The notes under the pieces: generated by a model | The model's input: only the letters and a program-made list of their open reading frames with translations | What the model was told of the DNA's origin: nothing | Database searches by the model: none | Source of the DNA: an uncultured Verrucomicrobiales bacterium | GTDB taxonomy: Bacteria > Pseudomonadota > Alphaproteobacteria > Paracaedibacterales > CAIULA01 | DNA length: 24,000 nucleotides | Direction of reading: 5' to 3' | Assembly (NCBI GenBank): GCA_964508915.1 | Contig: CAZDVK010000001.1 | Coordinates: 157,358 to 181,357 of the forward strand | Position numbers and translations under genes: made by a program | Shown: positions 17,142 through 24,000 of the stretch, one piece after another | Layout: each line of letters opens with the position of its first letter | Position numbering within the stretch: the first letter of the stretch is position 1

Positions 17142-18022
17142 TATTCAGTTAAAGCTTTTTTGACTTGTTTTGTATCCACAGGGTCTATAGAAAAATGCTG
17201 CAACATATGCATCAAGGTCATACCCTCTAAAGACGAAATAGAAATAATTTCTTCTTTCTGTGCTTCCGTTAGGTTGGGTTCTGTTACAATAATTTGCCGT
17301 GGAATAATACCATCTTTACTTAGCTTTTTAAGTGCCTTAGATATGGTTGGAATTGTTCCTAAAATGGGCACACCATGAATACGACGGCCCACATCATCAG
17401 GGTCGGTTGTGATTAAAGCAACCGGATTATAAGGAAGATCAGGGTTGCCTTGAACCTCACGAATAAATGTATCTGTTTCATCACCATTACCAATGACAAT
17501 AACAGGAATTGCGCCCGAATCAGCAGCCCGACGCTTTTGCTGTACATGCCTTTCATGGGCCGCACGATAAATAAAGCGGGGTAACCCTAACAAAACAACC
17601 AAAACCAATGTATTAATCAACGGAATCGACCGAGGTAACGATTCCTGTTGGGCCATCAGCAGCATTAAAGGAAAGAAAATAATGTTAGCCAATACGCCTG
17701 CTAAAGCCAAAGGCACCATGTCTTCCATGGAAATATAACGCCAAATAGCCTTATGGGTTTGCATCCACATTAAAATACTTGTGGTTACAAGGGAAAAAAC
17801 GAACATATTTTTGAGCATATATTCTGGTGAATATTCCAAAAATTCTTCGCCAATCCGTAAGTAAATAGCAATAAATAATGAAAGAAAAGCCAGTAAACTA
17901 TCAAAAATCAACACAGCCTGCGGCATAATCGCGTGATGCGGCAAAGCTTGCTCAATATAGCCCCTTAGGCGATCAAAGGACTTTTTAATAAAAATACGGG
18001 CTTCGTTAATTTTATCTTTCAT
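17141..18022 (-). CDS. Membrane protein resembling only the N-terminal module (4 TM + CoA-binding/Rossmann-like domain) of CapD/PglF dehydratases or WbaP-type sugar transferases
   Basis: 293 aa. Four hydrophobic helices are followed by AIPVIVIGNGDETDTFIREV...YNPVALITTDPDDVGRRIHGVPILGT. No SDR dehydratase or Bac_transf catalytic domain follows. Its stop overlaps the downstream ABC exporter start by 1 nt (TAATG). Confidence 0.55.
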   Translation of the reverse strand: MKDKINEARIFIKKSFDRLRGYIEQALPHHAIMPQAVLIFDSLLAFLSLFIAIYLRIGEEFLEYSPEYMLKNMFVFSLVTTSILMWMQTHKAIWRYISMEDMVPLALAGVLANIIFFPLMLLMAQQESLPRSIPLINTLVLVVLLGLPRFIYRAAHERHVQQKRRAADSGAIPVIVIGNGDETDTFIREVQGNPDLPYNPVALITTDPDDVGRRIHGVPILGTIPTISKALKKLSKDGIIPRQIIVTEPNLTEAQKEEIISISSLEGMTLMHMLQHFSIDPVDTKQVKKALTE

Positions 18023-18040
18023 AAATCATGCCTTTTACTT

Positions 18041-19951
18041 TTATGTATCCAAAAAGCTTCTTAGTTTTCTAGATCGACTTGGGTGTTTCAGCTTACGTAA
18101 AGCCTTTGCTTCAATCTGACGAATACGCTCACGGGTCACGGCAAACTGCTGCCCGACTTCTTCCAATGTATGATCTGTATTCATACCAATACCAAAGCGC
18201 ATGCGTAAAACGCGTTCTTCCCTAGGTGTAAGGCTTGCCAATACACGTGTGGTGGTTTCCCTTAAATTGGAATGAATTGCAGCATCCACTGGCAACACAG
18301 CATTTTTATCCTCAATAAAATCACCTAAGTGGCTATCTTCCTCATCACCAATAGGTGTTTCAAGACTGATCGGTTCTTTGGCAATTTTCATGACTTTGCG
18401 AACTTTATCCAAAGGCAACATTAACTTTTCAGATAGTTCTTCAGGTGTGGGTTCACGGCCAATTTCATGCATAATTTGGCGTGATGTACGCACCAACTTA
18501 TTAATGGTTTCAATCATATGCACAGGAATTCGAATAGTACGTGCTTGGTCGGCAATAGAACGGGTAATAGCCTGGCGAATCCACCATGTTGCATACGTTG
18601 AAAACTTATACCCACGTCGATATTCGAATTTATCAACAGCTTTCATCAACCCAATATTACCTTCTTGAATCAAATCCAAAAACTGAAGTCCACGGTTTGT
18701 ATATTTCTTCGCAATGGAAATAACCAAACGCAGGTTTGCTTCAATCATTTCTTTTTTAGCACGTGATGATTCCCGTTCCCCTTTTTGAATGACGGTAATA
18801 ATACGACGAAACTCTGAAAATGGAAGGTGAACACGGCCTTCAATATTTTTAACTGTTTCCAAAAGCTTTTGAATGTCTTGTGAACCTTGATCCAAAAACG
18901 CTGCCCAGCCTTTTTTATCAGCCAGCTTTTGAATTTTTTCAAACCAAGTTTCATTAAAACTTTGATTAATAAAATTTTCCAAGAATTGATCACGCTTGAC
19001 GTGACATTTATCAGCAAGACTAGCTAGGTTTCTTTCTATAGATGCCACCAGGCGGTTGCATTCATTGTGTTCATGAATTAAATCTTCAACACGGTACATG
19101 TTTAATTTCAATTCATCAAAATTTTCAATCAACTTTACTTTTAGGGCTTGGTATTTTTCGTCTTCAGCAACCAAAGCACCGGTTTTTTCCAAAAGCTTTT
19201 TTTGATGCTTTGATAAATCATTGTATAAAGCTTGATGGTTTTGAAGAAGGTTTATTAATTTGCCGCGATTGGCATCCTCCACCTCTGGTACAGCATCACC
19301 TGCATCTGACTCTTCCAAGTCATCAACCAGGTCATCCTCTACCTCTGTTTCTTTTTCTAAATCTTCTTCACTGATACTGGTATCAACTGTTATCAGCTCA
19401 CGAATTTGAATGCGACCCTGTTCTAGCAAGTGAAGCCAATCACTTAGAATTTCAGATGTCAAAGGGCTTTCACATAATCCACCCACCATTGTTTCACGGC
19501 CAGCTTCAATACGCTTGGCAATAGCGATTTCACCCTCACGTGATAAAAGCTCCACATTTCCCATTTCACGCAAATACATACGTACGGGGTCATCTGTACG
19601 TCCAGAAACGTCCTCCTCCCCTTCTTCGGCAGCTTCTTCAAAACTGAAATCATCGATGGTTAGGTTTGATGTTAAATCGCCTGATAAGGCGCCCTCTTCC
19701 ACTTCATCACTGTCAACAATGCTGATTCCCATATCAGCAATCATGGTCATTGTTTCATCAATTTGTTCTGATGACAGCTGGCTTTGAGGCAAAGCTTCAT
19801 TCAGTTCGTCGTAAGTGACATACCCTTTTTCTTTGCCACGCGCCAATAAACGCTTTAAGGCAGGATTTGCCTTACTTAGCTCCATCAAAGGAATATCCAT
19901 CTCACCTTCAAAAACGGGTTCTTCAACCTTTTTCATTGCTTTACCTGCCAT
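18041..19951 (-). CDS. rpoD: RNA polymerase primary sigma factor RpoD (sigma-70)
   Basis: 636 aa with an acidic region 1, region 2 [40 protein letters not shown], region 3, and region 4 [33 protein letters not shown]. The SD AAGGAG lies upstream of ATG 19951. Confidence 0.95.
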   Translation of the reverse strand: MAGKAMKKVEEPVFEGEMDIPLMELSKANPALKRLLARGKEKGYVTYDELNEALPQSQLSSEQIDETMTMIADMGISIVDSDEVEEGALSGDLTSNLTIDDFSFEEAAEEGEEDVSGRTDDPVRMYLREMGNVELLSREGEIAIAKRIEAGRETMVGGLCESPLTSEILSDWLHLLEQGRIQIRELITVDTSISEEDLEKETEVEDDLVDDLEESDAGDAVPEVEDANRGKLINLLQNHQALYNDLSKHQKKLLEKTGALVAEDEKYQALKVKLIENFDELKLNMYRVEDLIHEHNECNRLVASIERNLASLADKCHVKRDQFLENFINQSFNETWFEKIQKLADKKGWAAFLDQGSQDIQKLLETVKNIEGRVHLPFSEFRRIITVIQKGERESSRAKKEMIEANLRLVISIAKKYTNRGLQFLDLIQEGNIGLMKAVDKFEYRRGYKFSTYATWWIRQAITRSIADQARTIRIPVHMIETINKLVRTSRQIMHEIGREPTPEELSEKLMLPLDKVRKVMKIAKEPISLETPIGDEEDSHLGDFIEDKNAVLPVDAAIHSNLRETTTRVLASLTPREERVLRMRFGIGMNTDHTLEEVGQQFAVTRERIRQIEAKALRKLKHPSRSRKLRSFLDT

Positions 19952-19994
19952 TTAAAAATTTGCTCCTTATTACGTACCAAAAAAGTGTCACTCT

Positions 19995-21749
19995 CTACTG
20001 GGTTAGCGTCCTGTTTTTTAAAGTCTTAAGCCTTTGCCATAAATCTTTATCCAAGGATGTTTTAATCGTGTCGACCAAAGTTTTTGAATCTTGCCTGATT
20101 TGTCTTTGAACAATATGACGATTCCAGATATGATTCCATCCCTCTAAAACATCTGCCTCCGCAGCCCCTTCCTTTAAAAAAGGGGCATGAACAAGTAAAG
20201 AACGATCAAAAATACTATTCAATACCGGTCCAAAACCTTCTTCCACTAAAGCTTTCTCAAGTGTATCTTGTTCTTGCGTCATATCATAATGATTCAAAAA
20301 ACTTTGAATTTTTGCAAATTCATCATCTTCAAAACGAATTTGAAAAAACTGCTCAAAAACCTCTATTAATAATTTGGGGTGTCTTATGATAATTGCCAAT
20401 AATATTTTTTGCCAGAGGGTATTTTTTTTTACAACTAATGGGGTAACATCAAGGGGCTTTTGTTTTGACGCGTCGTGCAATTTGAAAAAAGCTTGACTGA
20501 AACGCCTGAGTAAATCCTGTTGGTAAAAATTTCGCACCGTCTGATTTTGAATTAAGGCCGCTTGGTCTGAAAGTGTTTTCTTAAAAAATGCTTTTTTTTC
20601 AGGGCTCAATGCATTTAGAGGTTCAAAATCTTTTTTAGTATGTTCCCATACAACCGCTGAAAGTGGTATGGGGGTTTTAAATAAATCGTTCAAAAAATCC
20701 TTCTTTTTCTGACGCAATAAACTGTCAGGATCCTCGCCCGCGGGAAGAGGTACAAAACAAAGGGTCTTTTCTTCTGTAATATGTGGCAATGCCCGTTCCG
20801 CAGCACGCCACATAGCTTTTTGACCCGCTAAATCACCATCAAAACACACAATAGGGTTTTGACACCGACGCCACATTAGTTCCATTTGTTGAATCGTCAA
20901 AGCTGTACCCAGGGGCGCCACAGCACCTTGAAATCCGGCCTGATACAATGCAATCACATCGCAATACCCCTCTGCCACAACAAAGGGAAGATCAGGGCGA
21001 ACGTATTTTTTAGCATGATGATAGTTATACAAAAGTGTTCCTTTGTGGAACAGAACACTTTCTGGGGAATTCAGGTATTTAGGTTCGCCATTTCCCAAAG
21101 TACGCCCCCCAAAAGCCACCACTTGACCTTGAAGGTCATGAATGGGGAACATCAGCCTTCCACGAAAACGGTCAAACGGATCACCGCCATGATCAGGTAC
21201 CAAAAATAACCCCGTTTTCATTAAAAGGTCTTTCGGGAATTTTTTTACAAGGGCTTGATAAAGACTGATACCGTCTTTTCGCTCATCAGGTGCATAGCCC
21301 AAGCGAAAAAAAGAAACAGTTTCTTTTGAAAACTGACGCTTTTCAAGGTAAGTACGTGCTGCATCGCCAAATGTTTTTTGAAGGTTCGCTTCATAAAACT
21401 GACATGCTTCGTCTAAAACATTTAAAACTTCGGCATCTTCCGTTTTAATGTTTGTGGTTTTTGGAATAACGATGCCCGCTTCCTTGGCCAACTCTTCCAC
21501 AGCATCTTTAAAGGGAAGGTTTCTTTGATGCATCGCATAAGTGATCACATCACCCCGCGCACCACACCCAAAACAATAATAAAATGCTTTTTGATCATTC
21601 ACCGTAAAGGATGGGGTTTTTTCTTTATGAAATGGACAAAGGCCACTAAATTCGTGACCTTTTCGTGTTAACTTTACTTGCTGACGAATCATGTCCGATA
21701 ACACGAAACGTTCCCGGATTTGATCTAGAATTGGACCAAAATCAACCAT
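19995..21749 (-). CDS. dnaG: DNA primase DnaG
   Basis: 584 aa with the zinc-ribbon CPFHKEKTPSFTV...YYCFGCGARGD, the RNA polymerase core, and TOPRIM motifs VVAEGYCDVIAL and FDGDLAGQKA. Confidence 0.95.
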   Translation of the reverse strand: MVDFGPILDQIRERFVLSDMIRQQVKLTRKGHEFSGLCPFHKEKTPSFTVNDQKAFYYCFGCGARGDVITYAMHQRNLPFKDAVEELAKEAGIVIPKTTNIKTEDAEVLNVLDEACQFYEANLQKTFGDAARTYLEKRQFSKETVSFFRLGYAPDERKDGISLYQALVKKFPKDLLMKTGLFLVPDHGGDPFDRFRGRLMFPIHDLQGQVVAFGGRTLGNGEPKYLNSPESVLFHKGTLLYNYHHAKKYVRPDLPFVVAEGYCDVIALYQAGFQGAVAPLGTALTIQQMELMWRRCQNPIVCFDGDLAGQKAMWRAAERALPHITEEKTLCFVPLPAGEDPDSLLRQKKKDFLNDLFKTPIPLSAVVWEHTKKDFEPLNALSPEKKAFFKKTLSDQAALIQNQTVRNFYQQDLLRRFSQAFFKLHDASKQKPLDVTPLVVKKNTLWQKILLAIIIRHPKLLIEVFEQFFQIRFEDDEFAKIQSFLNHYDMTQEQDTLEKALVEEGFGPVLNSIFDRSLLVHAPFLKEGAAEADVLEGWNHIWNRHIVQRQIRQDSKTLVDTIKTSLDKDLWQRLKTLKNRTLTQ

Positions 21750-22830
21750 GGTTTTTATAAACCTTCATTAAAAGCTCTGATAAAATCCCCTCACGCACAC
21801 CTCGGTCGGCAACGCACATTTCTTCAGCCTGAATGGCATCACAAATGCCTTCTAAAATGGCAGCACCAACCACAACTAAGTCAGCTCGACCACCTCCAAT
21901 ACAGGGGTGCAAAGAACGTTTTTCTTGAGTCATGGACAAGATTTCTTGGCTAATTGTATGTAAATCTTCCGTTTTTATGCGCACACCATCAACCAGGCGC
22001 CGTTCATATTTAGGCAACCCCATTTGAACAGCTGCCAATGTTGTGACCGTTCCAGAAGACCCGATAAACTGTAATTTTTCTTGCTTTGCAAACTGGTTAA
22101 TATTATTTCGGTCAATAAATTCCTTCAATTCACGGGAAATATAAGTGCGTACGTCCCTGTGAATTTCAGGGGTTGATGCAAATTGAGCATAAGATTCGCT
22201 AACAGTTACAACACCATAGGGAATGGATATGGAATCAATGACTTGAAAAGGAACAGGATAACCCGGTTTTTGACGTACTTGATCATTAATTTTAAGCCAA
22301 ATAACCTCTGTACTACCCCCCCCGATATCAAACACCACAGCGTATGGAATTGTTGCATCCAAAACAGCGGCACAGCCCGTTAAGGCTAAACGGGCCTCTT
22401 CCTCACTTGTAATAACCTCTAAATTAACGCCAAGTTCTTCTTTCGCACGATCAATAAGCATGTGGGCGTTTGTTGCCCGACGGCACGCTTCTGTAGCAAC
22501 GGAACGTAAGTACATAACGTGATGTTGATCAATTTTTTTACGGCACGTTGCCAGTGCTTCCATGGTTCGTTCAATGGAATCGTCAGATAAGGTATTGTTT
22601 TTATGAAGCCCTTCACCAAGACGCACAATTTTGGAAAAAGAATCGATAATTTTCCACCCCGTCAAATTCACACGTCGACGAAAAAAAGTTTTCCGAAGGC
22701 CGGCCACGTTGACTTTTGCAATCAACAAACGGCATGAATTTGTACCAAGATCAATAGAGGCAATCACTGGATGGTGTGCGCTATAAACCTGAGGACAAGC
22801 CTTTGTTTCTGTCGTATCCCTTTTTGTCAA
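21742..22830 (-). CDS. Ppx/GppA-family phosphatase (short form, no C-terminal HD domain)
   Basis: 362 aa with ASKHA-fold motifs IDLGTNSCRLLIA, FDIGGGSTEV and GSSGTVTTLA. The 3' end overlaps the dnaG start by 8 nt (ATGGTTGA). The start is TTG at 22830, so the N-terminus is uncertain. Confidence 0.8.
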   Translation of the reverse strand: MTKRDTTETKACPQVYSAHHPVIASIDLGTNSCRLLIAKVNVAGLRKTFFRRRVNLTGWKIIDSFSKIVRLGEGLHKNNTLSDDSIERTMEALATCRKKIDQHHVMYLRSVATEACRRATNAHMLIDRAKEELGVNLEVITSEEEARLALTGCAAVLDATIPYAVVFDIGGGSTEVIWLKINDQVRQKPGYPVPFQVIDSISIPYGVVTVSESYAQFASTPEIHRDVRTYISRELKEFIDRNNINQFAKQEKLQFIGSSGTVTTLAAVQMGLPKYERRLVDGVRIKTEDLHTISQEILSMTQEKRSLHPCIGGGRADLVVVGAAILEGICDAIQAEEMCVADRGVREGILSELLMKVYKNHG

Positions 22831-22967
22831 TTGACCACCCTAAAAGCGTGCCTTTTGAGACACACAAGTTATTTTTTATGTAAGCATTTTTTGCTTTCTG
22901 TCTTCTACCTTACGAAAAAAAGGACTTGGAAGATAGTCTTAATATCTTGGATTAATCAGTTAAATTT

Positions 22968-22983
22968 TTAACTATTTTTTAAC
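22968..22983. promoter_or_regulatory. Sequence matching the canonical CtrA box TTAA-N7-TTAAC (TTAACTATTTTTTAAC)
   Basis: Read directly in the divergent intergenic region, about 60 bp upstream of the 23045 gene and about 140 bp upstream of the Ppx/GppA-dnaG-rpoD gene string. Chance occurrence is plausible in AT-rich DNA. Confidence 0.25.
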
Positions 22984-23044
22984 CCTTTTATGTAAATCTG
23001 GACTTAACGAAAGATTTATCAATTCCAAAAAAGGAACGCTGTTC

Positions 23045-23404
23045 ATGCTAAAACATTTACTAGCTCTTATGACAACTACAACCTTGGTTTTCTCTGTCGA
23101 GGCCATTGCCTCAACAGAAGCCAGCAAACCAAGCAGCCCACCACCCTCATCAGTTAAAAAGCCGGCCTCAAAGAAAAAAAACAAAGGACAACTAAAGCAC
23201 GAGCTTTATGCTTCATTAGTAAGGGTGTTAGATATTACTCAAGAAATTAAGAATATAGAAAAAGAAGAAAGATCAAACAAATCAGGGGGTTCTGTTGCTG
23301 CAGGGTCTCATGCAGCAGGAAGTAGCGCCGCAGGGTCTCACGCAGCAGGAAGTAGCGCCGCAGGATCTCATGCAGCAGGAGGTTCTGTCGCTGCAGGGTC
23401 TTAA
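23045..23404 (+). CDS. Small exported protein with a Pro/Ser/Lys-rich linker and a C-terminal (GSxAA)7 pentapeptide repeat
   Basis: 119 aa. The SD AAGGAA lies upstream of the ATG. Signal peptide MLKHLLALMTTTTLVFSVEAIAST, then SKPSSPPPSSVKKPASKKKNK, then GSVAAGSHAAGSSAAGSHAAGSSAAGSHAAGGSVAAGS followed by the stop. A hairpin terminator follows. Confidence 0.6.
   Translation: MLKHLLALMTTTTLVFSVEAIASTEASKPSSPPPSSVKKPASKKKNKGQLKHELYASLVRVLDITQEIKNIEKEERSNKSGGSVAAGSHAAGSSAAGSHAAGSSAAGSHAAGGSVAAGS
23288..23401. repeat. In-frame tandem repeat: a 30-nt unit GCAGGGTCTCAYGCAGCAGGAAGTAGCGCC (x2 full copies plus 1 partial) flanked by GGTTCTGTYGCT copies
   Basis: Read directly: units at 23300-23329 and 23330-23359 differ by one synonymous T/C, with a partial third unit from 23360. 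The flanking 12-mers GGTTCTGTTGCT (23288) and GGTTCTGTCGCT (23381) give a nested symmetric arrangement. Confidence 0.85.
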
Positions 23405-23446
23405 CCTGACAGGCATATCTGAAAAAGAACGAAAACTGGAGTATTT

Positions 23447-23473
23447 AGGGAAATATTTTTTATTTCCCTTTTT
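23447..23473 (+). terminator. Rho-independent terminator after the repeat-protein gene
   Basis: A 9-bp stem, AGGGAAATA (23447-23455) pairing with TATTTCCCT (23461-23469), with a TTTTT loop, followed by TTTT. It abuts the stop codon (23472-23474) of the convergent PAAR gene. Confidence 0.5.
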
Positions 23474-23762
23474 ACCCACCCACCATCACCATGGGAAAGC
23501 CAAAAACAAGCTTACCACCGTGGGCCATCGGGTCGCCTAGTCGCGCTTGCCCCATACCAAGAACCTTCACTGTTGCCGACCCCATCATGATAGGGTTAGG
23601 AAGACCAACCCCCATACAAATCCCTAAGTCAAGCTGCCGAGCAGCAGGCAAACAGCCAATTAAAACTGTGGGCGCCCCTAACAAAACCATTCCGCCCACG
23701 TGCGGCACCAACACTAAAACCTGTGGACAAACATGAGGTGCTGTCAATTGCGAAGCAAACAT
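23472..23762 (-). CDS. PAAR-domain protein (minimal, 96 aa; spike-tip protein of T6SS/contractile injection systems)
   Basis: Three-fold PAAR architecture in the translation: APHVCP..VPHVGGMVLLGAPTVLIG, then LPAARQLDLGIC..PNPIMMGSATVKVLG, then GQARLGDPMAHGGKLVFGFPMVMVGG. The SD AGGA lies 9 nt upstream of ATG 23762. Confidence 0.85.
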   Translation of the reverse strand: MFASQLTAPHVCPQVLVLVPHVGGMVLLGAPTVLIGCLPAARQLDLGICMGVGLPNPIMMGSATVKVLGMGQARLGDPMAHGGKLVFGFPMVMVGG

Positions 23763-23968
23763 GACAAAAGTCCTGATTCCTTAAAATTCATGTTTTATTA
23801 TCACATGAAAAGAACCAAGTAATTAAGAAAAATTTTTATCATATATGCCCCTTCACCTAGCTAATATTTTTACCATGGTCGGCAAAAATATTTTTTGCAT
23901 AAAAAGTGCGGTGCAACCCGTTCAATTTCAACTTTTTGAACCAAAAGTTTTTACGGGTGTTGTGTATA

Positions 23969-24000
23969 TGGTGGGCCCTGAAGGATTCGAACCTTCGACC
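23969..24000 (-). tRNA. tRNA, 3' portion only (continues beyond the window); identity undetermined
   Basis: The reverse complement reads GGTC-GAAGG-TTCGAAT-CCTTC-AGGGCCC-A-CCA: a perfect T arm with the canonical TTCGAAT loop, a 7-nt acceptor 3' strand, discriminator A and an encoded CCA. The anticodon lies outside the window. Confidence 0.75.

Noticed and set aside
17172-17180. GTATCCACA, one mismatch from the DnaA box TTATCCACA
   Set aside because: It is a single imperfect copy inside a coding region, with no clustering, no AT-rich unwinding element and no dnaA/hemE-type oriC context.
23282-23479. Minus-strand 65-aa Cys-rich ORF (..SCCMRSCGATSCCVRPCGATSCCMRPC..) antisense to the GSxAA repeat
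   Set aside because: It is an open frame created by the GC-rich, stop-free tandem repeat. It would start inside the terminator hairpin and overlap the PAAR gene's 3' end, and it has no SD. The plus-strand gene has an SD, a signal peptide and a terminator.
23295-23736. Plus-strand ORFs 23295..23540 and 23491..23736 (including an HHHHGKAK stretch)
   Set aside because: They are shadow frames of the repeat and of the PAAR gene. They read through the terminator hairpin and have no recognisable motifs or ribosome-binding sites.

Overview
This is an AT-rich chromosomal segment from an alphaproteobacterium. That call rests on a clear CtrA orthologue plus alpha-type RpoD, DnaG and PolA and LPS genes. 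The gene content and the many exported orphan proteins suggest a host-associated (Holosporales/Rickettsiales-like) lineage, but this taxonomic call is inference only. The conserved backbone runs: lptF (5' partial), lptG, lpxC, a PlsC-family acyltransferase, an AmpD-like amidase, ctrA, tRNA-Val(GAC), aminopeptidase P, polA, an MsbA-like ABC exporter translationally coupled to a CapD/WbaP-N-terminal-like membrane protein, rpoD, dnaG, a Ppx/GppA-family phosphatase overlapping dnaG, and a partial tRNA at the right edge. Six lineage-specific genes sit between these, five of them with N-terminal export signals: (1) a Cys-rich, possibly lectin-like protein; (2) a glycine-zipper putative lipoprotein, adjacent to it; (3) a 512-aa protein combining a Sec signal with a P-loop GTPase domain; (4) a 670-aa Sel1-like/helical-repeat protein; (5) a small protein ending in a (GSxAA)n tandem repeat; (6) a minimal 96-aa PAAR-domain protein. 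I saw no rRNA, CRISPR, transposase, integrase or phage genes, and no compact multi-gene defence or secretion locus. The best novelty candidates are the exported GTPase, the orphan PAAR gene next to a tRNA, and the lectin-like/glycine-zipper pair. All family assignments come from motif recognition by eye. No HMM or BLAST search could be run.
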